Source: Pelagibacteraceae bacterium (GTDB lineage Bacteria; Pseudomonadota; Alphaproteobacteria; Pelagibacterales; Pelagibacteraceae). Taken from it: DNA of 64,000 nucleotides. Location of the stretch: positions 741-64,740 of the forward strand of contig JAYQRG010000003.1 of the NCBI GenBank assembly GCA_038146245.1, read 5' to 3'. The position numbers and the translations under genes are program-made. A model generated the notes under the pieces. The model worked only from the letters and a program-made list of their open reading frames with translations, did no database searches and was not told the origin of the DNA. Shown here piece after piece: positions 19,567 through 29,738 of this stretch (positions are counted from its first letter, which is position 1; each line of letters opens with the position of its first letter).

Positions 19567-20634
19567 ATGAAAAAAAAATACAATTCTATTGGAACCATGT
19601 CAGGTACTTCCATGGATGGTATAGATGTTTCTCTTTTATATTCCGATGGTGAAAAGGAAATTAAACCTAAGGATAACTTTTATCTAGCTTTTCAAGGCAG
19701 TTTTAAAAAAGAGCTTTATACTTATAAGGCTCAAATAAAATCCACAACAGACTGCAAAGAATTTATAAATACTAGTACTTATCAAAAACTAAGTGAAAAA
19801 ATAACAGACCTTCATGCAGAAACAATTCAAAAACTTATACAAAAAAATGATAAGGTTGATTTAATTGGTTTTCATGGTCTTACTCTATGGCACTGTCCAA
19901 AAGATTTATACACTCATCAAATGGGCAATCCAAAGAAGTTATTTGATCACTTTCAGATACCAATAGTTTTTAATTTTAGAAAAAATGATATTGCAAATGG
20001 AGGCCAAGGAGCGCCTCTAACTCCTATATTTCACAAAGCTATCTTAGAACAATTTGATTTTAAATTTGACTCATTTGTTAATATAGGCGGAATATCTAAC
20101 ATCACTTATTTAAAAAATAATAAAATTCACGCTACAGATATCGGACCAGGAAATTGTTTATTAGATAAATGGGTGAAGGAAAATTTTAATGAAGAATTTG
20201 ATATAGATGGAAAATACTCTTCAATTACAAATCCTGATTTAAGTATAGCTAATTCATTTTTGGACAAATATGAAAACAATAAAATTATTTCCTATGATAT
20301 AAATGATTTTGATTTATCTTCTTTTAGAGGTTTAAATAAAAATGTAGGAGCTAGTACTTTAGCTTATATAACTGCTAAATTAATATTAAATTTTTGTCAG
20401 GAAAAAAATATTAAAAAATTTTTAATTTCAGGTGGCGGAAGAAAAAATAAAACAATTATGCAGTACCTTGGTTCTTTAGCCGAAACTACAGATCAATATA
20501 ATATAGATGGTGATTTTGTTGAGTCTCAAGCTTTTGCGTACTTAGCTATTCGTTGTTTAGAAAAAAAATTTATTTCTTTTCCAGAAACTACTGGAGCATC
20601 TACTAATTTAACAGGTGGAGAAGTGTTAAGTTAA
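19567..20634 (+). CDS. anmK: anhydro-N-acetylmuramic acid kinase
   Basis: 355 aa. GTMSGTSMDGIDVSL N terminus; NIGGISN; divergent from tyrS as in many alphaproteobacteria. Confidence 0.9.
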   Translation: MKKKYNSIGTMSGTSMDGIDVSLLYSDGEKEIKPKDNFYLAFQGSFKKELYTYKAQIKSTTDCKEFINTSTYQKLSEKITDLHAETIQKLIQKNDKVDLIGFHGLTLWHCPKDLYTHQMGNPKKLFDHFQIPIVFNFRKNDIANGGQGAPLTPIFHKAILEQFDFKFDSFVNIGGISNITYLKNNKIHATDIGPGNCLLDKWVKENFNEEFDIDGKYSSITNPDLSIANSFLDKYENNKIISYDINDFDLSSFRGLNKNVGASTLAYITAKLILNFCQEKNIKKFLISGGGRKNKTIMQYLGSLAETTDQYNIDGDFVESQAFAYLAIRCLEKKFISFPETTGASTNLTGGEVLS

Positions 20635-21293
20635 AACAGTCTAGATTCTTTTCTTAAGTATTTTTCTAAAATTTGAATTAATGTTTTTTCATGATTTAGA
20701 AAAAAATGATTACAATTTTTAATCTCATCAAATTCCACTGTTATATTTTTTTGAGCTAATAATTTTGCTTTTAAAGTTTTAATAGAATCTATAGGAACTA
20801 ACTGATCTTCTGTTCCATAAACAATTAAACCTGAGGTAGGACATGGAGCAAGAAAGTTAAAATCAAAAATATTTGGTTGAGGAGCAATGGATACAAATCT
20901 AAATATTTCAGGTCGTCGCATTAAAAGTTGCATACCTATAAAAGAGCCAAAAGAATAACCCACAATCCAGCTCTCATTAGAATTTTGATTATTTCTTTGA
21001 ATAAAATCTAATGCAGAAGCCGCATCTGCTAATTCTCCTAAACCATTATCAAATTTTCCTTCACTTTTTCCAACTCCTCTAAAATTAAATTTTAAAACGG
21101 AAAAATTATTTTTTACAAATGTGTTAAATACGGAGTTTACTACACGATTATTCATTGTGCCCCCATACTCTGGATGTGGATGCAAAATAACAACTAGAGG
21201 CGCATTTTCTTTTTTACTTTGAGCGTATTTAGCTTCTAATTTACCGTCCGGACCAGAAATAAAGGTTTCTGTGTTGTTAAGAAGTGTAGACAT
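20631..21293 (-). CDS. alpha/beta-fold hydrolase (COG2945-like)
   Basis: 220 aa. HPHPEYGGTMNNRVV, FNFRGVGKSEG, nucleophile elbow GYSFGS. Confidence 0.7.
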   Translation of the reverse strand: MSTLLNNTETFISGPDGKLEAKYAQSKKENAPLVVILHPHPEYGGTMNNRVVNSVFNTFVKNNFSVLKFNFRGVGKSEGKFDNGLGELADAASALDFIQRNNQNSNESWIVGYSFGSFIGMQLLMRRPEIFRFVSIAPQPNIFDFNFLAPCPTSGLIVYGTEDQLVPIDSIKTLKAKLLAQKNITVEFDEIKNCNHFFLNHEKTLIQILEKYLRKESRLF

Positions 21294-21363
21294 TTGTAAA
21301 AAATTGAAAAGTGCTTATATCACAACTATAACTTTATTATTAAATTTTTTTTAAAAAACTATC

Positions 21364-22815
21364 ATGTCTAGTAGCGAAAAGATTATTCAAGAATATCAGC
21401 AAAAGTCTGATTATTTGCATGGATTTGAGACAAAGGTGGATACCATTAACGCGCCCAAGGGTCTTAACGAAGAAACTATCAAGTTTATTTCTGCACAAAA
21501 AAATGAACCTAAGTGGATGTTAGATTGGCGCCTTGCAGCTTTTTTTAGATTAAAATCTATGAAAGAGCCAAATTGGCAAAAACCAAAATATCCAAAAATT
21601 GATTATCAAAATATCAGTTACTTTTCTGCTCCGAAAGACTTTAAAAATAAACCAAAGTCCTTAGATGAAATTGATCCTGAAATTAGAAAGACTTATGAAA
21701 AGTTAGGAATACCTCTAGAAGAGCAAAAAATATTATCGGGCGTAGCGGTGGATGTGGTATTTGATTCTGTTTCTGTGGCAACAACGTTCAAAGAAAAATT
21801 AAAAGAAATCGGAGTTATTTTTTGTTCTATATCCGAAGCTATTCAAGAACATCCTGAGCTTGTAAAAAAATATTTAGGATCTGTGATCCCAGTAACCGAT
21901 CATTTTTTTGCAACCTTAAACTCAGCTGTATTTACTGATGGTTCGTTTGTTTATGTTCCGCCTAAAGTTAGGTGCCCAATGGAACTATCTACTTATTTTA
22001 GAATTAATGCAAAAGATACCGGACAGTTTGAACGAACCTTAATTATTGCTGATAAAGGAAGTTACGTAAGTTATCTAGAAGGATGTACCGCCCCTATGAG
22101 GGATGAAAATCAACTTCACGCTGCAAATGTAGAGCTTATTGCATTAGATGATGCTGAAATAAAATATTCCACAGTTCAAAATTGGTACCCGGGAGATAAA
22201 GAAGGAAAAGGTGGAATTTACAATTTCGTAACTAAAAGAGGAGATTGTAGAGGAAAAAATTCTAAAATTTCATGGACACAAGTAGAAACAGGATCTGCAA
22301 TTACCTGGAAATATCCAAGCTGTATTCTAAGGGGAGATAATTCCCAAGGTGAATTTTATTCAGTTGCGATTACGAATAATTTTCAAAAAGCAGATACTGG
22401 TACAAAAATGATTCATCTAGGAAAAAATACAAAAAGTAAAATTATTTCAAAAGGAATTTCCGCAGGTCATGCAGATAATACATATAGAGGTTTGGTTTCT
22501 ATTCATTCAAAGGCAAATGGCGCAAAAAATTATACTCAGTGCGATTCTTTATTAGTAGGAAATCAATGTGGGGCGCATACCGTTCCTTATATAGAGAATA
22601 AAAATTCATCTTCCGAAGTAGAACATGAGGCAACAACCTCAAAAATTAGCGAGGATCAATTATTTTATTGTAGACAAAGAGGTTTAAACCAAGAAGAAGC
22701 TGTTAGTTTAATTGTAAATGGTTTTTGTAAAGAGGTTCTTCAACAACTTCCTATGGAATTTGCCGTGGAAGCTCAAAAGCTAGTTGGAATTAGCTTAGAA
22801 GGAAGCGTTGGTTAA
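21364..22815 (+). CDS. sufB: Fe-S cluster assembly scaffold protein SufB
   Basis: 483 aa. Typical SufB core ([40 protein letters not shown]). First gene of the suf operon. Confidence 0.95.
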   Translation: MSSSEKIIQEYQQKSDYLHGFETKVDTINAPKGLNEETIKFISAQKNEPKWMLDWRLAAFFRLKSMKEPNWQKPKYPKIDYQNISYFSAPKDFKNKPKSLDEIDPEIRKTYEKLGIPLEEQKILSGVAVDVVFDSVSVATTFKEKLKEIGVIFCSISEAIQEHPELVKKYLGSVIPVTDHFFATLNSAVFTDGSFVYVPPKVRCPMELSTYFRINAKDTGQFERTLIIADKGSYVSYLEGCTAPMRDENQLHAANVELIALDDAEIKYSTVQNWYPGDKEGKGGIYNFVTKRGDCRGKNSKISWTQVETGSAITWKYPSCILRGDNSQGEFYSVAITNNFQKADTGTKMIHLGKNTKSKIISKGISAGHADNTYRGLVSIHSKANGAKNYTQCDSLLVGNQCGAHTVPYIENKNSSSEVEHEATTSKISEDQLFYCRQRGLNQEEAVSLIVNGFCKEVLQQLPMEFAVEAQKLVGISLEGSVG

Positions 22816-23553
22816 ATGATTTCAATTAAAAACTTAAAAGTAAATGTTGGTAATAAAGAAATCATTAAAGGTCTTGATTTAAAAATTGCCAAAGGAGAAA
22901 TCCATGCAATTATGGGACCAAATGGTTCTGGTAAAAGTACACTATCTTATGCACTGGCTGGAAAAGATGGTTATGAAATTTCAGGAGAAGTTAAGTTTAA
23001 AGGAAAAAATATATTAGATTTAAATGTAGAAGAAAGAGCTCATCATGGTTTCTTTCTTGCATTTCAGTATCCTGTAGAAATACCAGGTGTAAATACAAAT
23101 AACTTTTTAAGAGCATCGTTAAATGCCATTCGCAAATCTAACAGTAAAAAAGAATTAAATGCAGTTGAGTTTTTAAAATTAGTTAAGGAAAAAACTAAAG
23201 AACTTAAAATTAAGGAAGAAATGTTATCACGGCCTTTAAATGTTGGATTTTCTGGGGGTGAAAAAAAAAGAAATGAAGTACTACAAATGGCTTTATTAGA
23301 ACCAGAATTTGTTATTTTAGATGAAACCGACTCCGGATTAGACATTGATGCATTAAAGATTGTATCAAATGGAGTTAATGCTTTGAGAGATTCAAATAGA
23401 TCTTTTTTAATTATTACGCACTATCAGAGACTTTTAAATTATATCAAACCAGACTTTGTACACGTATTGTCTCACGGAAAAATTGTTAAAAGTGGTGATT
23501 GGAAATTAGCTATTGATCTAGAAAATGACGGTTACGGTCAATTTTTAAATTAA
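22816..23553 (+). CDS. sufC: Fe-S cluster assembly ATPase SufC
   Basis: 245 aa. Walker A GPNGSGKST, signature FSGGEKKRNE, Walker B ILDETDSGLD. Confidence 0.95.
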   Translation: MISIKNLKVNVGNKEIIKGLDLKIAKGEIHAIMGPNGSGKSTLSYALAGKDGYEISGEVKFKGKNILDLNVEERAHHGFFLAFQYPVEIPGVNTNNFLRASLNAIRKSNSKKELNAVEFLKLVKEKTKELKIKEEMLSRPLNVGFSGGEKKRNEVLQMALLEPEFVILDETDSGLDIDALKIVSNGVNALRDSNRSFLIITHYQRLLNYIKPDFVHVLSHGKIVKSGDWKLAIDLENDGYGQFLN

Positions 23554-23557
23554 GATA

Positions 23558-24799
23558 ATGAACGATATTAATCAATTTAAAATAGATTTTGAAAAATACA
23601 CAAAAAATAAATTATTTAAGGAAAATTTATCAAAACGAACTGAAGCCTTTAATCGTTTTCTTACCAAAGGTTTTCCAAACTCCAAACAAGAACATTGGAA
23701 ATATTCTCCTTTAAATCAAGATTTAACAAAATTTAAAGAAGTTAAATTTGTAGAAAATTCTGACAAATCCATAGATGAAGGTTACTTTGAAAAATTTGAT
23801 CATTATAAAATTATACTAAAAGATGGAATTCTTGTTAGCGAGTCTCTTCTAACAGAGGGACTGACTATAGCTAAATGCGATACTAGTTCTTTTTTTGATG
23901 TAAAGAAAAATCCAATATTAGATTTTAATAACGCATTTTATATTCCATCTTATAAAATTTTAGTTGCAAAAAATGTAAAAATACAAAAGCCAGTTGTAAT
24001 TTATAATTTTATCAGTGCTTCTTTCAATGGAAATAATATTAATTTGAAATGTAATATACTTTTAGATGATAATTCTTTTCTAGAAGTTTATGACAAAAAT
24101 ATTTTTTTAAATAATGATTTTGTATTTTTTACTTCCAATCTAGAAATAAATATTTCTAAAAAGGCGGTTTTAAAAAAGTATAGTTTAAATAGTAATAGTA
24201 AAAATAATACGATTTATAATTTTGCAAAAGTAGATTTAGATGATTATGCTTTTTTCGAAAATTTTAATTTAAGTCATAACTTCAATTCTTGCAGAGATGA
24301 ATTTGTTGTAAATTTAAACGGTATTGAGTCCAAAGGATCTCTTAATAATGTTCAGCATTTATCAAGAAATTGTTATCATGAAATTAAATGGGAGGTTCTT
24401 CATAATGAAGTTAACACTACAAGCAAACAGTACGTTAAATCAGTATTAAACGATCAATCTACAGCTGCATTTCAGGGAAAAATATATGTTAATTCTATAG
24501 CTCAAAAAACAGATGGCTATCAATTATCAAAAGCACTACTTCTATCAGATCAGTCAAAATTTTTATCAAAACCAGAGCTTGAAATTTATGCGGATGATGT
24601 AAAATGCAGTCATGGTTCTACCTCAGGAAATATTAATAAAGATATTTTGTTTTATTTGAGATCAAGAGGTTTATCTGAAAAAGAGGCTAAAAATTTATAT
24701 GTAGAGGGTTTTTTAGCGGATGTATTAGAAAAAATCGAAAATAAAGAAATAAATAAATTATTTATAGAAAAATTAAGAGAAATACATGAATATCAATGA
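23558..24799 (+). CDS. sufD: Fe-S cluster assembly protein SufD
   Basis: 413 aa. C-terminal SufBD fold (LEIYADDVKCSHGSTSG, LFYLRSRGLSEKEAKNL). Positioned between sufC and sufS. Confidence 0.9.
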   Translation: MNDINQFKIDFEKYTKNKLFKENLSKRTEAFNRFLTKGFPNSKQEHWKYSPLNQDLTKFKEVKFVENSDKSIDEGYFEKFDHYKIILKDGILVSESLLTEGLTIAKCDTSSFFDVKKNPILDFNNAFYIPSYKILVAKNVKIQKPVVIYNFISASFNGNNINLKCNILLDDNSFLEVYDKNIFLNNDFVFFTSNLEINISKKAVLKKYSLNSNSKNNTIYNFAKVDLDDYAFFENFNLSHNFNSCRDEFVVNLNGIESKGSLNNVQHLSRNCYHEIKWEVLHNEVNTTSKQYVKSVLNDQSTAAFQGKIYVNSIAQKTDGYQLSKALLLSDQSKFLSKPELEIYADDVKCSHGSTSGNINKDILFYLRSRGLSEKEAKNLYVEGFLADVLEKIENKEINKLFIEKLREIHEYQ

Positions 24800-26003
24800 A
24801 ATTAAAAAACAATTTCCAATTTTTGAAAAAAAAATTAAAGGAAAGCAGTTGGTCTATTTAGATAGCGCCAATTCTTCACAAAAGCCCAAACCTGTTATTG
24901 ATAGTTTAAATCAATTTTATCTTTATGAGTTTGCAAATGTAGGAAGGGGAATTTATCAACTTGCTGCAAATGCTTCAGATAAATATGAAAAATCAAGAGA
25001 AAATTTGAAAAGTTTTTTTAATACAACTAAAGATTACGAAATTATTTTTACAAAAAACTCTACCGAGTCATTAAATTTAGTCGCATCGTGTTTCGGAGAA
25101 AAATTTTTGAAAGAAGGTGACGAAGTTATTTCTACAGAATTAGAACATCATGCAAATTATGTTCCATGGCATTTTTTAAGAAAAAGAAAAAAAATTCAAA
25201 TCAAATTTATACCTATCGATGATAATGGAAACTTACAAATTGATAAACTTAAAGATTTGATAACGAATAAAACTAAAATGATTGCAGTGACCCATATGTC
25301 GAACGTGACAGGTACAGTTGTAAATTTAAAAAAAATTAAAGAAATCGCAGATAAGCACAAAATACCTATCTGCGTGGATGGAACACAGGGCGCGGCACAT
25401 TTAGATGTTTCGATTAAAGATCTTGATTGCGATTTTTATGCTTTTTCTGGTCATAAAATGTACGGTCCAACGGGCATTGGAGGATTAATAATTAAATATA
25501 AATGGCTTGAAGCCTTTGATCCTTTTTTGGGAGGGGGAGGAATGATTGAATTCGTATCTAAAGAAGATGTGGGATATGCAAAAGGTGTTTGGAAGTTTGA
25601 AGCCGGCACCATGCCAACTGCAGAAGTCATCTCATTGAATGAATCTATTCATTTCATCAACAAAATAGGTAAAAAAAATATTATAAAGCATGAGGAGGAT
25701 CTAAAAAATTTTGCAATCGATGAGCTTAAGAAAAATAACAGTATAAAATTTGTAGCTTTACCAGATGATCAAGGTTCTGTTTTTTCTTTTAATATCCAGG
25801 ACATTCATTCCCATGATGTCTCAACTATCTTTGATCAAGAAGGTGTAGCGGTTAGAGGTGGACATCACTGCTGTCAAATTCTTCATGATAGATTAGGAAT
25901 TAATTCATCTATTAGAGTTTCTTTAGGAGTTTATAATGACAAGGAAGATATACATATTTTATGTAATGCCATTAAAAAGTGCCAAAGTATTTTTAAAAAA
26001 TAA
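24786..26003 (+). CDS. sufS: cysteine desulfurase SufS (class V aminotransferase, group II)
   Basis: 405 aa. PLP lysine FSGHKMYGPTGIG; active-site loop RGGHHCCQ. Confidence 0.93.
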   Translation: MNINEIKKQFPIFEKKIKGKQLVYLDSANSSQKPKPVIDSLNQFYLYEFANVGRGIYQLAANASDKYEKSRENLKSFFNTTKDYEIIFTKNSTESLNLVASCFGEKFLKEGDEVISTELEHHANYVPWHFLRKRKKIQIKFIPIDDNGNLQIDKLKDLITNKTKMIAVTHMSNVTGTVVNLKKIKEIADKHKIPICVDGTQGAAHLDVSIKDLDCDFYAFSGHKMYGPTGIGGLIIKYKWLEAFDPFLGGGGMIEFVSKEDVGYAKGVWKFEAGTMPTAEVISLNESIHFINKIGKKNIIKHEEDLKNFAIDELKKNNSIKFVALPDDQGSVFSFNIQDIHSHDVSTIFDQEGVAVRGGHHCCQILHDRLGINSSIRVSLGVYNDKEDIHILCNAIKKCQSIFKK

Positions 26004-26005
26004 AA

Positions 26006-26458
26006 ATGGATCTGTATCAAGAAATAATTCTTCAACACAGCAAATTCCCAAAAAATTTTAAAAAACTAGGTGATTATAATTTTTGTTCCGAAGGTTATAA
26101 TCCTTTATGCGGGGATAAAATAACTATTTATGTTTCAGAAAAAGAAAAAAAAGTAAAAGATGTCTCTTTTGAGGGAAGTGGTTGTGCTATTTCTATCGCT
26201 TCAGCTTCCATTTTATCTGAAATTTTAAAGGAAAAATCTTTAGATAAATCTAAAAATATTTATGATAGTTTCTTAAATTTAATTAACCATAATCAATCTA
26301 ATTTTTCTGATTTAACTGAAAAGGAAACTTCGATGCTAAATGCCTTTTCTGAAATATCAAAATTCCCAATGAGGACTAAATGTGCTACATTAAGCTGGAG
26401 CACATTTAATGCAGCATTAAAAAATATTAAAAATTTTAATACTGAATCTTTAAAATGA
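26006..26458 (+). CDS. sufU: SUF-type NifU-family sulfur acceptor/scaffold SufU
   Basis: 150 aa. NPLCGD, EGSGCAISIASAS, FPMRTKCATLSW: three Cys plus Asp in SufU spacing, with the insertion before the third Cys. Confidence 0.8.
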   Translation: MDLYQEIILQHSKFPKNFKKLGDYNFCSEGYNPLCGDKITIYVSEKEKKVKDVSFEGSGCAISIASASILSEILKEKSLDKSKNIYDSFLNLINHNQSNFSDLTEKETSMLNAFSEISKFPMRTKCATLSWSTFNAALKNIKNFNTESLK

Positions 26459-26763
26459 ATATGAATGTAGAACTTATGGATAAAGTAGTGGAAAAACTAA
26501 AATCTGTTTATGATCCAGAAATACCAGTGGATATTTATGAACTAGGTTTAATTTATGATGTTAAAATCAATGATAAAAAAGTTTCTCTTGATATGACTCT
26601 TACAAGTCCACATTGTCCTGTAGCAGAAAGTTTGCCGATGCAGGTAAAACGTGCAGTAGAAACTATTCCTGAAATTGAAGAAGTAGAAGTTAAAATAGTT
26701 TGGGAACCACCTTGGGATAAAACTAAAATGTCAGAAGCTGCAAAGCTAGAACTAGGAATATGA
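26455..26763 (+). CDS. sufT: DUF59-family Fe-S assembly protein SufT
   Basis: 102 aa. VYDPEIPVDIYELGLIY, LTSPHCP. ATGA overlaps on both sides. Confidence 0.8.
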   Translation: MNMNVELMDKVVEKLKSVYDPEIPVDIYELGLIYDVKINDKKVSLDMTLTSPHCPVAESLPMQVKRAVETIPEIEEVEVKIVWEPPWDKTKMSEAAKLELGI

Positions 26764-27098
26764 ATTCAGAAATTTTAAAAGTATCACAAAGCGCTATCGA
26801 TAGACTAAAAGAAATTGTTTCTACATCAAAAGAAAAGTCTATTAAGGGAGTGAGGATTTCTCTCAAGTCTGGAGGCTGTGCTGGAATGACTTATGATATG
26901 AATTATGTTGATCAAGAGAGCAAAGGTGATGAAATATTAGAATTAGAAGGTTTAAAAATTTTTATCGATCCAAAAGCTGTAATGTTTATTTTAGGAACAG
27001 AAATGGATTATAAAACAGACAAATTTTCATCTTCTTTCATATTCAAAAATCCAAATGAGATTGAACGCTGCGGCTGTGGTGAATCTTTTAAAATTTAA
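26760..27098 (+). CDS. sufA: A-type Fe-S carrier (SufA/IscA/ErpA family)
   Basis: 112 aa. GGCAGMTY and C-terminal CGCGESF. Confidence 0.9.
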   Translation: MNSEILKVSQSAIDRLKEIVSTSKEKSIKGVRISLKSGGCAGMTYDMNYVDQESKGDEILELEGLKIFIDPKAVMFILGTEMDYKTDKFSSSFIFKNPNEIERCGCGESFKI

Positions 27099-27873
27099 AT
27101 TGTTCAGCAATATTTCTTTCTTTTAGACCAAACTTTTTGTTGTAAAGTATTTTAAATTTTATTTTTTTACTAAGTTCAATATTTACTGATTTTATATTTC
27201 GAACTTCAATATTATCTGCAACTGCAGATACGGGTCTTTTTTTAGTATCTAAATTTTTAATGCTAATACTAGATTGATTATTTACAATCGCACCTCTCCA
27301 TCCTCTTGGTCTAAATGGACTTATTGGTGTAACGGTTAAATATTGACTATCTAAATTTAAAATAGGACCTCTAGCGGAAAGATTATAAGCAGTAGATCCT
27401 GCAGGAGTAGCAATTAATACTCCATCTCCGACCAATTCTTTTACCCTTACTCGACTATCTACCTTAATTTCTAGCTTTGTAGTTTGTCGGTGTTGTCTAA
27501 AAATAGATATCTCATTAATGGCAATAACTTTTTTCTTAGTTTTATTTTTAGCTATAGTTGCTTCCAAAGGAGAAAGTTGAACTACATTCGCATTTTCAAT
27601 TTTTTTTAACAAATTGTGATAAGAGGTATGATTTAATAAAAAGCCTCGATTACCAGTATTTAATCCATAAAAAGGCTTATTCCATCTCTGATACTTTTTA
27701 AGCATATGTAACATAAAGCCATCCCCACCTAAAACGACTATGCAATTACATGCGTTTATCTTAAAATTCTTTAATTTTTTTATAATTTTTCTTTTTGTAA
27801 TTTGAGCCTTTTGAGTATTATCAGCAAGAATGTGAAGTTTATCAAATTTCATCTTAAAAAGGGAATATAGCAT
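27088..27873 (-). CDS. nadK: NAD+ kinase
   Basis: 261 aa. GGDGFML, GDGVLIATPAGSTAYNLSARGPI. Alternative start at 27852. Confidence 0.92.
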   Translation of the reverse strand: MLYSLFKMKFDKLHILADNTQKAQITKRKIIKKLKNFKINACNCIVVLGGDGFMLHMLKKYQRWNKPFYGLNTGNRGFLLNHTSYHNLLKKIENANVVQLSPLEATIAKNKTKKKVIAINEISIFRQHRQTTKLEIKVDSRVRVKELVGDGVLIATPAGSTAYNLSARGPILNLDSQYLTVTPISPFRPRGWRGAIVNNQSSISIKNLDTKKRPVSAVADNIEVRNIKSVNIELSKKIKFKILYNKKFGLKERNIAEQFKF

Positions 27874-27884
27874 AAAAAATAAAC

Positions 27885-28946
27885 ATGGTTACATTTAAAA
27901 AGAACTTTGAAAAATTTTTTCAAACAGAAAATTTAAGGCAAAACCCTGAACAAACAGACCTAATAGAAAAACTAGATGAATTTTATGTCAAATTAAAAGA
28001 CGAAACATCTTTGGTTAAAAAAATCTTCTCTAAAAAAAATAAAGATCGAGGCTATTACATTTATGGTGATGTCGGAGTTGGTAAAACTATGATTTGTAAT
28101 CAATTTTATGAATTTATTGATATCAAAAAAAAACGATCACATTTTAATGAGTTTATGATCGAAGTTCACGATTTTTTACATAAAAATCAAAAAATAGAAA
28201 AAAAAGAAAACCTATTAACAGAATACGCAAGAAAATTGCATGAAAATAACAAAGTACTTTTTTTAGATGAATTTCAGGTCACTAACATTGTGGACGCGAT
28301 GATTATTGGAAAATTATTCGAAAGTCTTTTTGATGAAGGTGTATTTATTATTATCACAGGAAATATTCCAATGAAGGATTTATATAAAGATGGATTGCAA
28401 AGAGAGCAATTCATGCCTTTTTTAAAAATTATTAAATCTAAAATGATAGAATATGAATTAAAAGGAAACATTGATTATCGAAAACAAGATGTAACAAAAA
28501 TTAATAGATTTTTTCATCCAAACGATAAGTTATCTAATTTTAATATAAATCAATTATTTCGAAAACTTACAAAGGATAGAAAAAAATTGGAAAAAGAAAT
28601 TATTATTCGTGGTAGAAAATTTCCTCTGCCAAATTTTTACGATGGGGTTGCAAGATTTGATTTTAAAGACCTGTGTAATCAAAACCTTGGTGCCGAGGAT
28701 TATATTGAGATCGCAAAATTTTGTAAGTTTATCATTATAGAAAATATTCCAAATTTTACAGATCAAGTTTCAAACCAACAGCAGAGATTTATTACCTTAA
28801 TCGATGTATTTTATGAAAATAAAATTAAACTAATGGTTAGTGCAGAAAATAATTTAGAAGATTTAACTAGCTCGCAAAATTTAGAATTCATATTTAGAAG
28901 AACAAGAAGTAGGCTTTATGAATTAACAGCACCACTTGCGAGTTAA
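27885..28946 (+). CDS. zapE: AFG1-family ATPase (ZapE-like)
   Basis: 353 aa. Walker A YIYGDVGVGKTM, Walker B LFLDEFQVTNIVDA. Confidence 0.85.
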   Translation: MVTFKKNFEKFFQTENLRQNPEQTDLIEKLDEFYVKLKDETSLVKKIFSKKNKDRGYYIYGDVGVGKTMICNQFYEFIDIKKKRSHFNEFMIEVHDFLHKNQKIEKKENLLTEYARKLHENNKVLFLDEFQVTNIVDAMIIGKLFESLFDEGVFIIITGNIPMKDLYKDGLQREQFMPFLKIIKSKMIEYELKGNIDYRKQDVTKINRFFHPNDKLSNFNINQLFRKLTKDRKKLEKEIIIRGRKFPLPNFYDGVARFDFKDLCNQNLGAEDYIEIAKFCKFIIIENIPNFTDQVSNQQQRFITLIDVFYENKIKLMVSAENNLEDLTSSQNLEFIFRRTRSRLYELTAPLAS

Positions 28947-29347
28947 TTTTTTTTAGCAATTTCAATTAATCTAGTGATTAAATTTCCCAAACCATTTTGC
29001 CTTTGAGCAGTAAGAAGCTCCATAATTCCAAGAGGTTTGAAATCTTCTTTAGTAAGCGTTGCTATTTCAGATCGTTTTTGATTATTTAAAATATCCACAA
29101 CAAATTTTGTAGTTCCTTTGGTAATAAAGGCATCAGCATCAAATAAATATTTAATCTTGTCTCCTTCCATGATGCCAATCACCCATAAATTAGATGCACA
29201 TCCAAAAATTTTGTTTTCATTTATTTTATATTTTGAATCTAAGCCATGACACTCTTTTGCAAGATCAATTAAGTATTGAAGTTTATCTTCACCACTTAAT
29301 TCTGAAATTTCTAATCCTTTTTGTTTTATTAAATCTTTAATCATCAA
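28943..29347 (-). CDS. sufE: cysteine desulfuration protein SufE
   Basis: 134 aa. Active-site context IFGCASNLWV, LLTAQRQNGL. Confidence 0.85.
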   Translation of the reverse strand: MMIKDLIKQKGLEISELSGEDKLQYLIDLAKECHGLDSKYKINENKIFGCASNLWVIGIMEGDKIKYLFDADAFITKGTTKFVVDILNNQKRSEIATLTKEDFKPLGIMELLTAQRQNGLGNLITRLIEIAKKN

Positions 29348-29738
29348 TTGCTTTTTTTATGGCTCTAAAAGGTAATAAAATACATTCTTTTCTACTTAAA
29401 TTCTCAACATCTAATAAAATATCAAAGTTTTTTAATTTAATTGGAAATTTATTTATTTTTTTATCAAAAAAATCTTCGATTGATTTAATGTAGGTATCTA
29501 AATCTTTTTTTACTAATTTTTTTATTTGATTTGATAAAATTGCAGCAGTTGCCTGTGTAAAAATACATGCTTGAGTTTCAAATCTCATCTCAGTTAATTT
29601 TCCGTCTTTTTCGTCTAATTCTATATGAATAACGTCCCCACAGATTTTATTTTTAAAACTACTTTTAAAATTATAGTTTTTTTTTAACTTGGAAAATTTT
29701 GTATCTGCAGCAATGGATATAATTTGTTTATTTATCAT
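29337..29738 (-). CDS. divergent NifU-N/SufU-like protein
   Basis: 133 aa. Three Cys in SufU-like order and context: KICGD, ETQACIFTQATAA, RKECILLPF. Overlaps sufE by 11 nt. Confidence 0.6.
   Translation of the reverse strand: MINKQIISIAADTKFSKLKKNYNFKSSFKNKICGDVIHIELDEKDGKLTEMRFETQACIFTQATAAILSNQIKKLVKKDLDTYIKSIEDFFDKKINKFPIKLKNFDILLDVENLSRKECILLPFRAIKKAIDD

Noticed and set aside
21294-21363. Searched the suf upstream spacer for Fe-responsive operators (Fur box, Irr ICE box, RirA/IscR-type palindromes).
   Set aside because: I could see no convincing dyad or match to the consensus sequences I know. Iron regulation of this operon cannot be inferred from the sequence.
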